32,000 bases of DNA from an uncultured archaeon (GTDB taxonomy: Archaea > Asgardarchaeota > Thorarchaeia > Thorarchaeales > Thorarchaeaceae). Positions 1 to 7,949 of this stretch are shown here, piece after piece. A program made the position numbers and the translations under genes. The notes beneath the pieces were generated by a model, which was not told where the DNA came from, did not search any database, and worked only from the letters and a program-made list of their open reading frames with translations. Location of the stretch: assembly GCA_964648855.1 (NCBI GenBank), contig CAZYLT010000006.1:98069-130068 (forward strand), written 5' to 3'. Position 1 is the first letter of the stretch, and every line of letters starts with the position of its first letter.

Positions 1-181
1 AAGGGGCCATTATAGTTAGTACTGTAACAAGGTTGATGATAGTCGCAATGCCCATTATCATTCCATGTATTTTGTATGGCTTCTTCTTTATCCATCCAGC
101 CACTAACATGATGACCAATGCAGTTTGGATAATCAGATTGATGTCGTAAATCAATGCTGCTTGCTGTGAAAATATTCCCAT
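1..181 (-). CDS. Membrane protein, DUF420-like (partial, runs off window start)
   Basis: Hand translation from ATG at 181: MGIFSQQAALIYDINLIIQTALVIMLVAGWIKKKPYKIHGMIMGIATIINLVTVLTIMAP..., open to the edge. Two hydrophobic helices around a KKK..H..M loop. Not in the ORF track. Confidence 0.7.
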   Translation of the reverse strand, partial: MGIFSQQAALIYDINLIIQTALVIMLVAGWIKKKPYKIHGMIMGIATIINLVTVLTIMAP

Positions 182-245
182 TCCAATCAGTTGTGCATGA
201 TGTTGGTGGTTCCCCTTAAATCCTTCTCACAACTGATATTGGGGA

Positions 246-287
246 CGAAAGAATGAAGAGAGATGCCCAGCACCCCGGGCAGGGGTG
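246..287 (-). terminator. Hairpin plus pyrimidine tract, possible end of the hydrogenase operon transcript
   Basis: Minus strand CACCCC-UGCCC-GGGGUG hairpin (287-271) followed by CUCUCUUCAUUCUUUC. Confidence 0.35.
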
Positions 288-328
288 TCCGATTCGGCTC
301 ACAACTTTACGCCGAACCTTCATCCGCC
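278..328 (-). promoter_or_regulatory. Eukaryote-like SECIS element for vhuU
   Basis: Minus strand: GGCGG-AUGAA-GGUUCGGC-GUAAAGUUGUGA-GCCGAAUC-GGAC-ACCC-CUGCC. AUGA...GA non-Watson-Crick core, 8-bp helix II (318-311/298-291), unpaired AAA 11 nt after AUGA, 5-bp helix I (328-324/282-278). Lies 80 nt 3' of an in-frame UGA at a Ni-ligand position. Confidence 0.85.
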
Positions 329-472
329 GCTGGTTACAATCTCCTTCCGTGCTATCTCGCGACCCTCATCGTCCACGATGGTAAGATGAGCGCCGCAGGA
401 TAGTCAGCAGTCGTAGCAGCGAACCACCATTTCCAGGAGGTTCAGCAGTCCTTCAGGTATGTCGTCTGTCAT
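320..472 (-). CDS. vhuU: [NiFeSe]-hydrogenase small selenopeptide subunit VhuU (Sec23 at TGA 406-404)
   Basis: Hand translation: MTDDIPEGLLNLLEMVVRCYDC-U-LSCGAHLTIVDDEGREIARKEIVTSGG*. Matches the L2 motif R-x-Y-D-P-(C/U)-x-S-C-x-x-H that is missing from the upstream large subunit. Starts 13 nt after the vhuA stop, with a SECIS directly downstream. Confidence 0.93.
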
Positions 473-485
473 TTTTGTTCACTTC

Positions 486-1799
486 TCATATCATGGGGTC
501 TGGTAAGTCCAGACTCTCATGTTCCTTATTCTCGAATACTTGCTTGGCTGCCTTCAATAGGCTCTTCTCGAGCCCGGCGATGTTATTATTGGTGGCAACT
601 ACCATATTCACCTTTGTGATAACGCCATTCTCATCAGTCCAGTAGTGGTGGATGAGAGTACCTCTCGGTGCCTCCACACAACCAACACCATTCCCCTTTC
701 TGGGTTCAACATCAGCCAGTTTTACATCTGTACTAACAATATCCGGGTCATTGAGGAGAGCTTCCATCTCTTCTACAGCTTGAACCAACTCAATAACTCG
801 GGCCCAGTGGTAGGCAAAGGTAGCATGAATCGGCCGCCCTAAGGCGTCACGCATTTCCTCCAGGGCCTCTTGGGCAATGGGGGTGGCCATCTTGTCTGCC
901 ACGTTTATTCTGGCAAGACTATTAGCCCGCCAGATGCCCTCCGGATATCCCTTTTGCTTATAGTATACATGTGTGGCGTATGAGTGATTAGAAACGTATT
1001 CTCCGTAATATTTGCGGTAATGCTTTGGATTGAAGTCTTCTACTATCTTACCATCTGGATCCATCACTCTTAGTTTGCCATCATAGATCTCCAGGTTGCC
1101 TTTGTCATGCAACCCGAGGTAATAAGTTGGAACCACTGCAAGTTTGGTTATGGGATCCCAATAATCCTGCACGACTTTTTTAGCTAGGTCAACAGTATCA
1201 AGAGTCTGTTGTTTGGTCTTCTCAATTCGTTTCAGGAATTCATCTCGCTTTTCCTCTGAAAATGGATTCAACATTCCGCCCGGTGTTGCAGTCACGGGAT
1301 GGATTGCTTTACCACCTACAGCGGCACACAATTCCTGCCCGAACTTCATTACTTCAAGTGCCATCTTGCCTACATCTGGAAGGCTCTTGATGATTTGCAC
1401 AACGTTGCGCTTCTCAGGCTTAGCAAACGGTCCTGCAAGAAAGTCGGGCGCAGCAAGTGCAAAGAAATGCAATGCGTGGCTGCTGTACTGTTTCGCGTTT
1501 ATCAGTAGTCTGCGCAATTTAATAGCAGCAGGTGGGGGAGTTACTTTCCATGCCGCTTCAACACTTTTCACTGCAGCAAGGTGATGGGGCTCTGGACATA
1601 TCCCACAGATTCTTGGTGCGATACGTGGTGCTTCCTCAGCAAATCGTCCCTCCAAGAACTTCTCAAAGAAACGAGTACTACTCACGTTGAATTGAGCATC
1701 CTTGACTTTACCATCTTTTCCTAAGACTACGGTAATTTCACCATGTCCTTCTAGGCGGGTCACTGGTTCAATCCTGATTGTCTTATCGTCTTTGGTCAT
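486..1799 (-). CDS. vhuA: F420-non-reducing (group 3c) [NiFe]-hydrogenase large subunit, split type lacking the C-terminal L2 motif
   Basis: IEPVTRLEGHG, L1 motif RICGICPEPH, EAPRGTLIHHY, VATNNN; ends without DPCxxC. Confidence 0.95.
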   Translation of the reverse strand: MTKDDKTIRIEPVTRLEGHGEITVVLGKDGKVKDAQFNVSSTRFFEKFLEGRFAEEAPRIAPRICGICPEPHHLAAVKSVEAAWKVTPPPAAIKLRRLLINAKQYSSHALHFFALAAPDFLAGPFAKPEKRNVVQIIKSLPDVGKMALEVMKFGQELCAAVGGKAIHPVTATPGGMLNPFSEEKRDEFLKRIEKTKQQTLDTVDLAKKVVQDYWDPITKLAVVPTYYLGLHDKGNLEIYDGKLRVMDPDGKIVEDFNPKHYRKYYGEYVSNHSYATHVYYKQKGYPEGIWRANSLARINVADKMATPIAQEALEEMRDALGRPIHATFAYHWARVIELVQAVEEMEALLNDPDIVSTDVKLADVEPRKGNGVGCVEAPRGTLIHHYWTDENGVITKVNMVVATNNNIAGLEKSLLKAAKQVFENKEHESLDLPDPMI

Positions 1800-2707
1800 T
1801 TCTTCTCCTCCCTTTCTTTTCCTTTCATTTTCGAAAGATACGAATCTGCATAGTCAGTGAAATAGAATGACCCAATGGGATCTGGGAATGCCGCCTTCAA
1901 CTCCTCCGGCTCCATCTCAGCAATAGCTCCTAATGCCGAAATGATCTTTGCACCATGATCATTTACAGCTGGTGGTGGACCGAAACAACCCTTGCATGGT
2001 GTATTGACCGTTGGACACTGTGCTCCACACATTCCAATCGTCGCAAATCCAAGGCAGAGATACCCCTGGTCTAATAGACATTTGTCAGGGTCGATATGGC
2101 CCTCATGTGCACGATGAAACTTGGTGATATGTTTGTCCTTCTTTTCCTTTGGACATTCATCGCATACCGTCTTAGTGGGCAGATCGAATGGTTGCCCCTT
2201 AATGAGTGCCGTTAATGCTTCCGCAGTGTTGTCACTTGTTGGTGGGCAACCGGGAAGTCGTACTTCAAAGGAAACAATATCTGGATTTGGGATAATGTGC
2301 TCTACAAATCCGGGCATGTTCTCAGTAGGAATTCTACCATCCTCGACGGTGTCTGCCTCTAGGAATTTTCGTCGTAGGAGCTCATCTAACGCCCATTGAT
2401 TTCCAAGACCCTGTACTCCTCCATATACTGAGCAGGAACCCCATGCCACCAAGACCTTGCTCTTTTTGCGCATGAGCTTTAGTAGATGCTCGTCTTCCTT
2501 GGTTCTGCAGCTTCCTTCTACCATACCTATGTGAATGGAACCATCCGGCATGTTTTCAAGGTCTTTCAACTTGAAGTCAACTACTGCTGGCCAATACACA
2601 ATCTCTAGTTCAGGTAGAACGTCCAATAGACGAAGATGCAGGTCGACTAGTGCCTGATCGCATCCCCAGCATGAAGTCAATTGAGCAAGTGCTATTCTCT
2701 TTGCCAT
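1796..2707 (-). CDS. mvhG: F420-non-reducing hydrogenase small (FeS) subunit
   Basis: SCWGC, GSCSVYGG, LPGCPP, VCDEC, CLLDQGYLCLG...CGAQCP...PCKGCFGP; ATGA overlap with the large subunit gene. Confidence 0.95.
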   Translation of the reverse strand: MAKRIALAQLTSCWGCDQALVDLHLRLLDVLPELEIVYWPAVVDFKLKDLENMPDGSIHIGMVEGSCRTKEDEHLLKLMRKKSKVLVAWGSCSVYGGVQGLGNQWALDELLRRKFLEADTVEDGRIPTENMPGFVEHIIPNPDIVSFEVRLPGCPPTSDNTAEALTALIKGQPFDLPTKTVCDECPKEKKDKHITKFHRAHEGHIDPDKCLLDQGYLCLGFATIGMCGAQCPTVNTPCKGCFGPPPAVNDHGAKIISALGAIAEMEPEELKAAFPDPIGSFYFTDYADSYLSKMKGKEREEKK

Positions 2708-2708
2708 T

Positions 2709-3173
2709 TTAGTTATCCTTCCCTGCTGGATTTGGTCCTAGCTTTTTGATTCTCTCTACCATTGCTGTTACGCCCTGAGTAAATACATCACCTTCAGCCG
2801 CGCTTGCCCATTGAAGATGGACACGTTGTGAGTCTATACCCGCCTCCTTCAACATAGTTTGGAGTAACACAAATCTGCCTCTCATCTTGAGGTTACCGCT
2901 TGTGTAGTGACAATCACCAGGATGACACCCACTGATGAGAACACCGTCTGCGCCTTGATTTAGTGCATCAAGAATGAAAACAGGATCTATTCGCCCCGTG
3001 CAGTTGATTCTGATGACCCGCACATTTGAGGGCATCTGCATCCGGCTTGTTCCCGCAAGGTCTGCCCCGGCATAACTGCACCAGTTGCAGCAAAACGCCA
3101 AGATTCGGGGTTCAAAGCCTGACTGCCGCTTCTTTTTCTTTTTCATGGCTGTCGTCTGACTTACTGATGTCAC
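2709..3173 (-). CDS. mvhD: Hydrogenase [2Fe-2S] subunit delta (all-Cys form)
   Basis: FCCNWCSYAGADLAG, CTGRIDP, GADGVLISGCHPGDCHY. Start is probably GTG 3173 (GGAGGT 9 nt upstream) or ATG 3146, rather than 3299. Confidence 0.95.
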   Translation of the reverse strand: MTSVSQTTAMKKKKKRQSGFEPRILAFCCNWCSYAGADLAGTSRMQMPSNVRVIRINCTGRIDPVFILDALNQGADGVLISGCHPGDCHYTSGNLKMRGRFVLLQTMLKEAGIDSQRVHLQWASAAEGDVFTQGVTAMVERIKKLGPNPAGKDN

Positions 3174-3433
3174 GCTGGAATGACCTCCTGCGGCTTGTTG
3201 CTCGCTATGATTATTGATTATTAAGATTCTGTTTAGTCGCACTTTTCTTTGGGCAGAAGCAATCATAATTCTTCTTAGAATTATGGTTTTCAAACACATT
3301 GAGATCTAGTGTTTCACGATAGTTTCTCATCCACGCATTCATGTCTTTCATCTATCGAGTTTAGCAACAGTTTTTATGTCCCGCTCCTTATGGTACATGA
3401 GTTGCTGAGCTATAACTGGAACGGTGAAATGAT

Positions 3434-3670
3434 TTGATTCTGGCATTCATAATGGCCAAGCTCGAAAGCGCGAAGGCACGGAGAGTACTCGATGATGTTA
3501 GAGAACTAGAAGAAGTAATGGAGGCACACCTGATATACGGAGCCTATGATCTCATCATCAAGGGGAACTTCAAGACTCCAGAATCATTGAGCTCCTTCGT
3601 TGTTGATACTTTGCGCAAGATTGATGGCGTGAAGGACACCGTAACGAATGTATGTGCTAGTCAGGAATAG
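3434..3670 (+). CDS. Stand-alone Lrp/AsnC ligand-binding (RAM) domain protein
   Basis: 78 aa with EAHLIYGAYDLIIK and LRKIDGVKDTVT, typical of the AsnC C-terminal domain; no HTH. Confidence 0.9.
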   Translation: MILAFIMAKLESAKARRVLDDVRELEEVMEAHLIYGAYDLIIKGNFKTPESLSSFVVDTLRKIDGVKDTVTNVCASQE

Positions 3671-3702
3671 AGTATCAGGTTCCTCAAAGGATTCTCGCTC
3701 TT

Positions 3703-5589
3703 CTAGTGATTTTCATCCAGGTCTAGTCGTTTCAGGGTTTCCTTCGTTGGCAGTCCTGTTTCTGGGTCCCATCCTCGGACCTCATAGTATTCATCTAGCA
3801 TTTCATTCAATTCCACAACCTCTCCCTTCGATGGCCCTTTCGGCGCAGGCACGTCAGTAAGCCTCTTTGGAAGCTGGTCATCTTTTCGAGTTACACCCCG
3901 TCTAGCGTTGAAAAGGCGGTTGAGATTAACTATTCTCTCACCAATCTCTCTCAGTTCCTCTGTTGTGAACTCAAGTCCATTATGTATCTTTAGACCGACT
4001 GCGACATCATCATAGTAGAATTCAGGCGGTATTTGTGTGCCATATTTGCACAATCCAACGCTTTCAACAACGACCATATAGTTCTCTGATTCTGCTACCA
4101 TGATTCCTTTGTACTTCGGATTCAGTCGTTCAGCCATCTCGGGAAGATACTCCTCTCCAAAACGCTCCTTTATATCATCATCAAATCCAACTTCGTCCAA
4201 GACTGGAAAGGCGTAGAGATGGTCCGCGCCTCTTGCAGCAGTGACTGCAGCAAGTCCCATCGACTTCTGGGCTCGGGGCTCCTGCCCAGCTATCTCCTGT
4301 TTTTTAACAGTCATAACAAACTCTTCAGTTCCCCGACCAATCTGTTCCGCTGCACGTTGACTCCCTTCGGCGAGGATATCACCAAAACCCTTGCGATAGG
4401 CTATCATCCGGGTTAGTTCTACAATTGCTTCATGATTGCCCCAACTGAGATCTACACCCCCTGTATCCTCCGCCGTAATAAGGCCCTCATCCCAGGCCTC
4501 CATCGCCCAAGATATAGTCCCACCAAGGGAGATTGTATCCATTCCGAATTGGTTTGCCAAATGATGGCTATACAGGATTGATTCCACATTCTCATTACCG
4601 CATCGAGAACCTAGTGCGGCCTGTGACTCAAACTCCGGCGACCCGCCCTCATAACAATAGGGCCCCTTGGGCACTCGTGTGTAACGACCGCATCGCTGCA
4701 GACACGCCCAGTCGGACCTTGGCTTCACCAAATAGTTTTCATTAATGGCTTCCCCACCGATCTTTTCGTATCCATCGAAGACCCCTTGTTTCATATTATA
4801 GGAGGGCAGTCGGCCGATGTTGTGCATCAATTCGATTAAACTAGTTGTGCCATATTTCGCTCTGTCGGGGGTGAACGGATTATCAAGCATTCGCCGGTGG
4901 AACTCATCCATTCGTTTCAGATATACATCCGGTTCTGCAACCTCAATCTTACCTGTTCCACGAATAGAGATCGCTTTAAGCTTCTTTGACCCCATCACAG
5001 CGCCCAGGCCAGAACGAGCCGAGGCTCTATCACGGTCATTCATGATCGCTGCAAAACGGACGAGATTCTCTCCAGCTTGACCAATGGCTAGTGTTCGACA
5101 TCGTATGCCATGGCGCTCTCTCAAAATATCGTCTGTTTCGAAGACATCCTTTCCCCACAAATCACTCGCATCAAGGATTTCCACTGTTTCATTCCTGATG
5201 TTAAGATAGACCGGTTCTTTAGATGCCCCTGTAAAGAAGATTGCATCATACCCTGCAAGCTTTAATTCTGGCCCCCAAAAACCAGCAGCGTGACTCTCGC
5301 CCCATATATCCGTGAGTGGTGAAAGCGCCGCAATAACGTGTCTTGATGCCTGTGGAAACATCGAACCAGTGAGTAGACCAGTTGCCATTCCCAGTACATT
5401 CTCGGGGGACAGTGGGTCTGTATCAGCAGTTGTTCTGTCATAGATGACCTTGGATAGAAGGCCTGCACCAAGGAGGTACTTTTGAATTAGTTCTTCATCA
5501 AGAGGTTTCTTCTCTATCTCCTTTGATGTGAGATTTACCCAAAGGATTTGTCCTCCCACGCCCTTTACCATCCTATTCAGCACCTCCAT
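3703..5589 (-). CDS. Tungsten-dependent aldehyde:ferredoxin oxidoreductase family protein (AOR-1)
   Basis: DPLSPEN, SPLT, GPAG-like GQAGENLVRFA, RSGLGAVMGSKKLKAI, GMDTISLG, RGADH, YYEVRGWD...GLP. Confidence 0.95.
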   Translation of the reverse strand: MEVLNRMVKGVGGQILWVNLTSKEIEKKPLDEELIQKYLLGAGLLSKVIYDRTTADTDPLSPENVLGMATGLLTGSMFPQASRHVIAALSPLTDIWGESHAAGFWGPELKLAGYDAIFFTGASKEPVYLNIRNETVEILDASDLWGKDVFETDDILRERHGIRCRTLAIGQAGENLVRFAAIMNDRDRASARSGLGAVMGSKKLKAISIRGTGKIEVAEPDVYLKRMDEFHRRMLDNPFTPDRAKYGTTSLIELMHNIGRLPSYNMKQGVFDGYEKIGGEAINENYLVKPRSDWACLQRCGRYTRVPKGPYCYEGGSPEFESQAALGSRCGNENVESILYSHHLANQFGMDTISLGGTISWAMEAWDEGLITAEDTGGVDLSWGNHEAIVELTRMIAYRKGFGDILAEGSQRAAEQIGRGTEEFVMTVKKQEIAGQEPRAQKSMGLAAVTAARGADHLYAFPVLDEVGFDDDIKERFGEEYLPEMAERLNPKYKGIMVAESENYMVVVESVGLCKYGTQIPPEFYYDDVAVGLKIHNGLEFTTEELREIGERIVNLNRLFNARRGVTRKDDQLPKRLTDVPAPKGPSKGEVVELNEMLDEYYEVRGWDPETGLPTKETLKRLDLDENH

Positions 5590-6058
5590 ACAGCTTGTCT
5601 TCGTGTTCCTCGTACAGCCGTTTCAAACGCCCATCTTCGTCCTTTTTCTCAAGGCCTTCGTCAGTTGTCATCCATATGGCAAAAACAGGACATCTCTTGA
5701 TACACTGACCACATTGAATACATTTGATGGCTTTGCCCGTATCAGGATTGATTTTTATTGCATCATATGGGCACGCCTCTATGCAATCACCATGGCCTTT
5801 GCACTTATTCTTGTCAATAACAACAATCCCCTTTGATGTTCGCCTGATTGCCTCTTCTGGACATGCCTCAATACACGGTGCATCTTCGCAGTTACGGCAG
5901 AATAGTGGAAAATCAAGTCCGTTTTCTAAGCGTACAATTCTATTCCTTGCCTGTTGTGGACTGATGACTTTGTAAAAGTGCATGCTACATGTCATCGAAC
6001 AAATCATGCATCCTGTACAGACCTCCGGGTCTCCAAATACGAATCTTCGAGTAGACAT
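5573..6058 (-). CDS. 4Fe-4S polyferredoxin subunit (DmsB/CooF-like) partnering AOR-1
   Basis: CTGCMICSMTC, CRNCEDAPCIEACP, CKGHGDCIEACP, KCIQCGQCIKRCP. Confidence 0.92.
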   Translation of the reverse strand: MSTRRFVFGDPEVCTGCMICSMTCSMHFYKVISPQQARNRIVRLENGLDFPLFCRNCEDAPCIEACPEEAIRRTSKGIVVIDKNKCKGHGDCIEACPYDAIKINPDTGKAIKCIQCGQCIKRCPVFAIWMTTDEGLEKKDEDGRLKRLYEEHEDKLYGGAE

Positions 6059-6070
6059 TCTGGCATACCT

Positions 6071-7429
6071 CTATAGTTGGATTGCGTCACCCATTTTCTG
6101 GAACTGACCATGTCCTGGCTTTATGGTTGTCCTATCCTCTTCAAATACTTTGACACCCCGCACAAATGTCATAATGGGGGCTCCTGTCATTTCCATCCCT
6201 TCATACAATGTCCAGCCACATTTTGAAAAAATCATATCTGCAGAGATTTTTTCCTTCTTGGTCAGGTCGATCAAGACCATATCGGCGTCGGATCCCACTG
6301 CAAGTACCCCCTTCTTTGGGTATAAACCAAAGAGCTTGGCTGGTTTGCTTGAAGTGACTTCAACCAAGTGATGAAAAGTCAATCGATTCTTGTTGATTCC
6401 TTCAGACAGCAATACTCTACTTATCATCTGTACACCATCTACGCCTGCCCACGCGTTTCGAATATCATGCTCGCCCTCTTCCTTCTTCTCAATGGGAGCG
6501 GGTGCATGATCACTGACAACGATATCGATAGTCCCTCGAAGCAAGGCTGACCATAAAGCAGCTCTATCTTGTTTGCTCCGCAGCGGGGGATTCATCTTGC
6601 TTTTTGTGCCAAGGCGATTCATCTCATCTCTATGAAATTGTAAATGGTGTGGACAGACCTCTGTTGTTACAAGATTGCCATTTAGCTTCGCTCGTTCAAC
6701 CGAAACTAATGCCCCTCTCGTGGTGATATGTGCGATATGGAGGTGTCCTCCTGTCTTCTTCAATATGGCAATGTTACGCTCAACCGCTATTTCCTCTGCA
6801 ATTTCTGGACGCGAGAGTGCATGACTTATCGGAGCATCCCATTCTCCATCCATTCTACCAGAGAATTCGTCTAGTATATCTCTATCCTCAGAGTGGATCG
6901 CTAGGTGTCCTCCGTGTTCAGAGGTCTCGCTTAGGGCTCTGAGAATAGCTCCACCTCTTGCGTAAAATGGCTCTGCTGTAAAGGCCTTGAAGGCAGCGAC
7001 TCCTGCACTCAAGAGTTTTGGAATCATTCCAACATTCTCTGATGTCAGCATTCCACCATAAAAGGAAAAATCCACGATAGACATATTCTCTCCCAATTCA
7101 ACTTTGCGTTCAACTGCCTCAACAGTATCCACTTGGGAAACCAGTGGCATGTCAACAACTGTTGTTACTCCTCCTGCAGCAGCAGCTCTGCTACCAGTTG
7201 TAAAATCCTCATGTTCCTCCATCTCTGGATCGTGAATATGCGCATGACCATCAATTAGCCCTGGGAGGAGATATTTCTTCTCGGCATCAATAGTCTCATC
7301 AGCTTCAGGTAAGTGTTCGTCAGAAGCGATTAAGGCGATTCTCCCATTTGACACTCCCACTCCGCCTCTTACTATTCCACTCTCAAGAACAAGCTTCGCA
7401 TTTTTGATTACTAAATCCAATTTCTTCAC
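6071..7429 (-). CDS. Cyclic amidohydrolase, allantoinase/dihydropyrimidinase-like
   Basis: PGLIDGHAH, AAAAGGVTTVVDMPL, FKAF (carbamylated Lys), IHSE, HIAH, EVCPHHL, NPPLR, SDHAP. DMPL and WAGVDGVQ resemble AllB; lacks the dihydroorotase HxHxR and MPN motifs. Confidence 0.85.
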   Translation of the reverse strand: MKKLDLVIKNAKLVLESGIVRGGVGVSNGRIALIASDEHLPEADETIDAEKKYLLPGLIDGHAHIHDPEMEEHEDFTTGSRAAAAGGVTTVVDMPLVSQVDTVEAVERKVELGENMSIVDFSFYGGMLTSENVGMIPKLLSAGVAAFKAFTAEPFYARGGAILRALSETSEHGGHLAIHSEDRDILDEFSGRMDGEWDAPISHALSRPEIAEEIAVERNIAILKKTGGHLHIAHITTRGALVSVERAKLNGNLVTTEVCPHHLQFHRDEMNRLGTKSKMNPPLRSKQDRAALWSALLRGTIDIVVSDHAPAPIEKKEEGEHDIRNAWAGVDGVQMISRVLLSEGINKNRLTFHHLVEVTSSKPAKLFGLYPKKGVLAVGSDADMVLIDLTKKEKISADMIFSKCGWTLYEGMEMTGAPIMTFVRGVKVFEEDRTTIKPGHGQFQKMGDAIQL

Positions 7430-7432
7430 CTT

Positions 7433-7714
7433 TTATCCTCCCCCCACTGGTGGAAAGATTGCGATTGCATCCCCAGATTCAAGCTCAGTCCCATGGCCAT
7501 CGAGGGTTTCTATTCTCTTCCCATTAACCATGACCGAAAAGAATCTTCTGAGCTCTCCAGTTTCAGGATTGAATACGGTCTTCTCAAATTCTGGTCCAAG
7601 GTCATGCTTCAGCTTTTCAAGAAGCTCTCCAATGTTTGTGGCACTCATCTCCAGTGATTTCCTTCCCGCCTTCTCTCTCACGGTTGCAAAGAACTTGACT
7701 ATGACCTCTGGCAT
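7433..7714 (-). CDS. moaD: MoaD/ThiS/SAMP ubiquitin-like sulfur carrier
   Basis: VKFFATVRE...VMVNG...GDAIAIFPPVGGG C-terminus; first gene of an AOR operon. Confidence 0.92.
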   Translation of the reverse strand: MPEVIVKFFATVREKAGRKSLEMSATNIGELLEKLKHDLGPEFEKTVFNPETGELRRFFSVMVNGKRIETLDGHGTELESGDAIAIFPPVGGG

Positions 7715-7860
7715 ATGGTTGCCTCGCCTATTTGCCTTGGTGAGATGAGATATTAATAATTCCTAATGGACAGCTGTGGATTTTCTTGATTATATCCATC
7801 TTTTTTCACTCTGGAGATATACAATTTCCCCCATTTTCTAGGTAGAGTGTCCAACAAAAG

Positions 7861-7880
7861 TGTCAGATTTTTGTCAGATT
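7861..7880. repeat. Tandem direct repeat TGTCAGATT x2 (11-bp period)
   Basis: tgtcagatt at 7861-7869 and 7872-7880, in the divergent intergenic region. Confidence 0.5.
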
Positions 7881-7911
7881 CCTCCTTTGCCTAATCCGGA
7901 ATCGGTCGTAT

Positions 7912-7924
7912 GGGAGATTAAATA
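7912..7924 (+). promoter_or_regulatory. BRE/TATA-like promoter for the putative ncRNA
   Basis: Purine run GGGAGA followed by TTAAATA (7918-7924), about 26-28 nt before the GC-rich structured stretch begins. Confidence 0.55.
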
Positions 7925-7949
7925 GCCCTAATCACATAGAATAGTGGAC

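Noticed and set aside
320-331. VhuU C-terminal Gly-Gly as a ubiquitin-like conjugation motif
   Set aside because: No beta-grasp domain; the tail is probably cleaved at maturation, and the GGC GGA codons are explained by SECIS helix I.
473-488. Sec readthrough of the vhuA TGA stop to fuse VhuA and VhuU
   Set aside because: The gap is 13 nt, so vhuU is in a different frame and has its own ATG; the split is a known architecture.
3174-3299. N-terminal extension of MvhD in the ORF track
   Set aside because: AT-rich promoter-like sequence; SD GGAGGT points to GTG 3173 (or ATG 3146).
6071-7429. pyrC (with 10585-11679 as pyrD) for pyrimidine biosynthesis
   Set aside because: Lacks the dihydroorotase substrate-binding Arg (HxHxR) and Asn (MPN); the partner lacks the DHODH catalytic Cys and carries a PreA-type ferredoxin tail.
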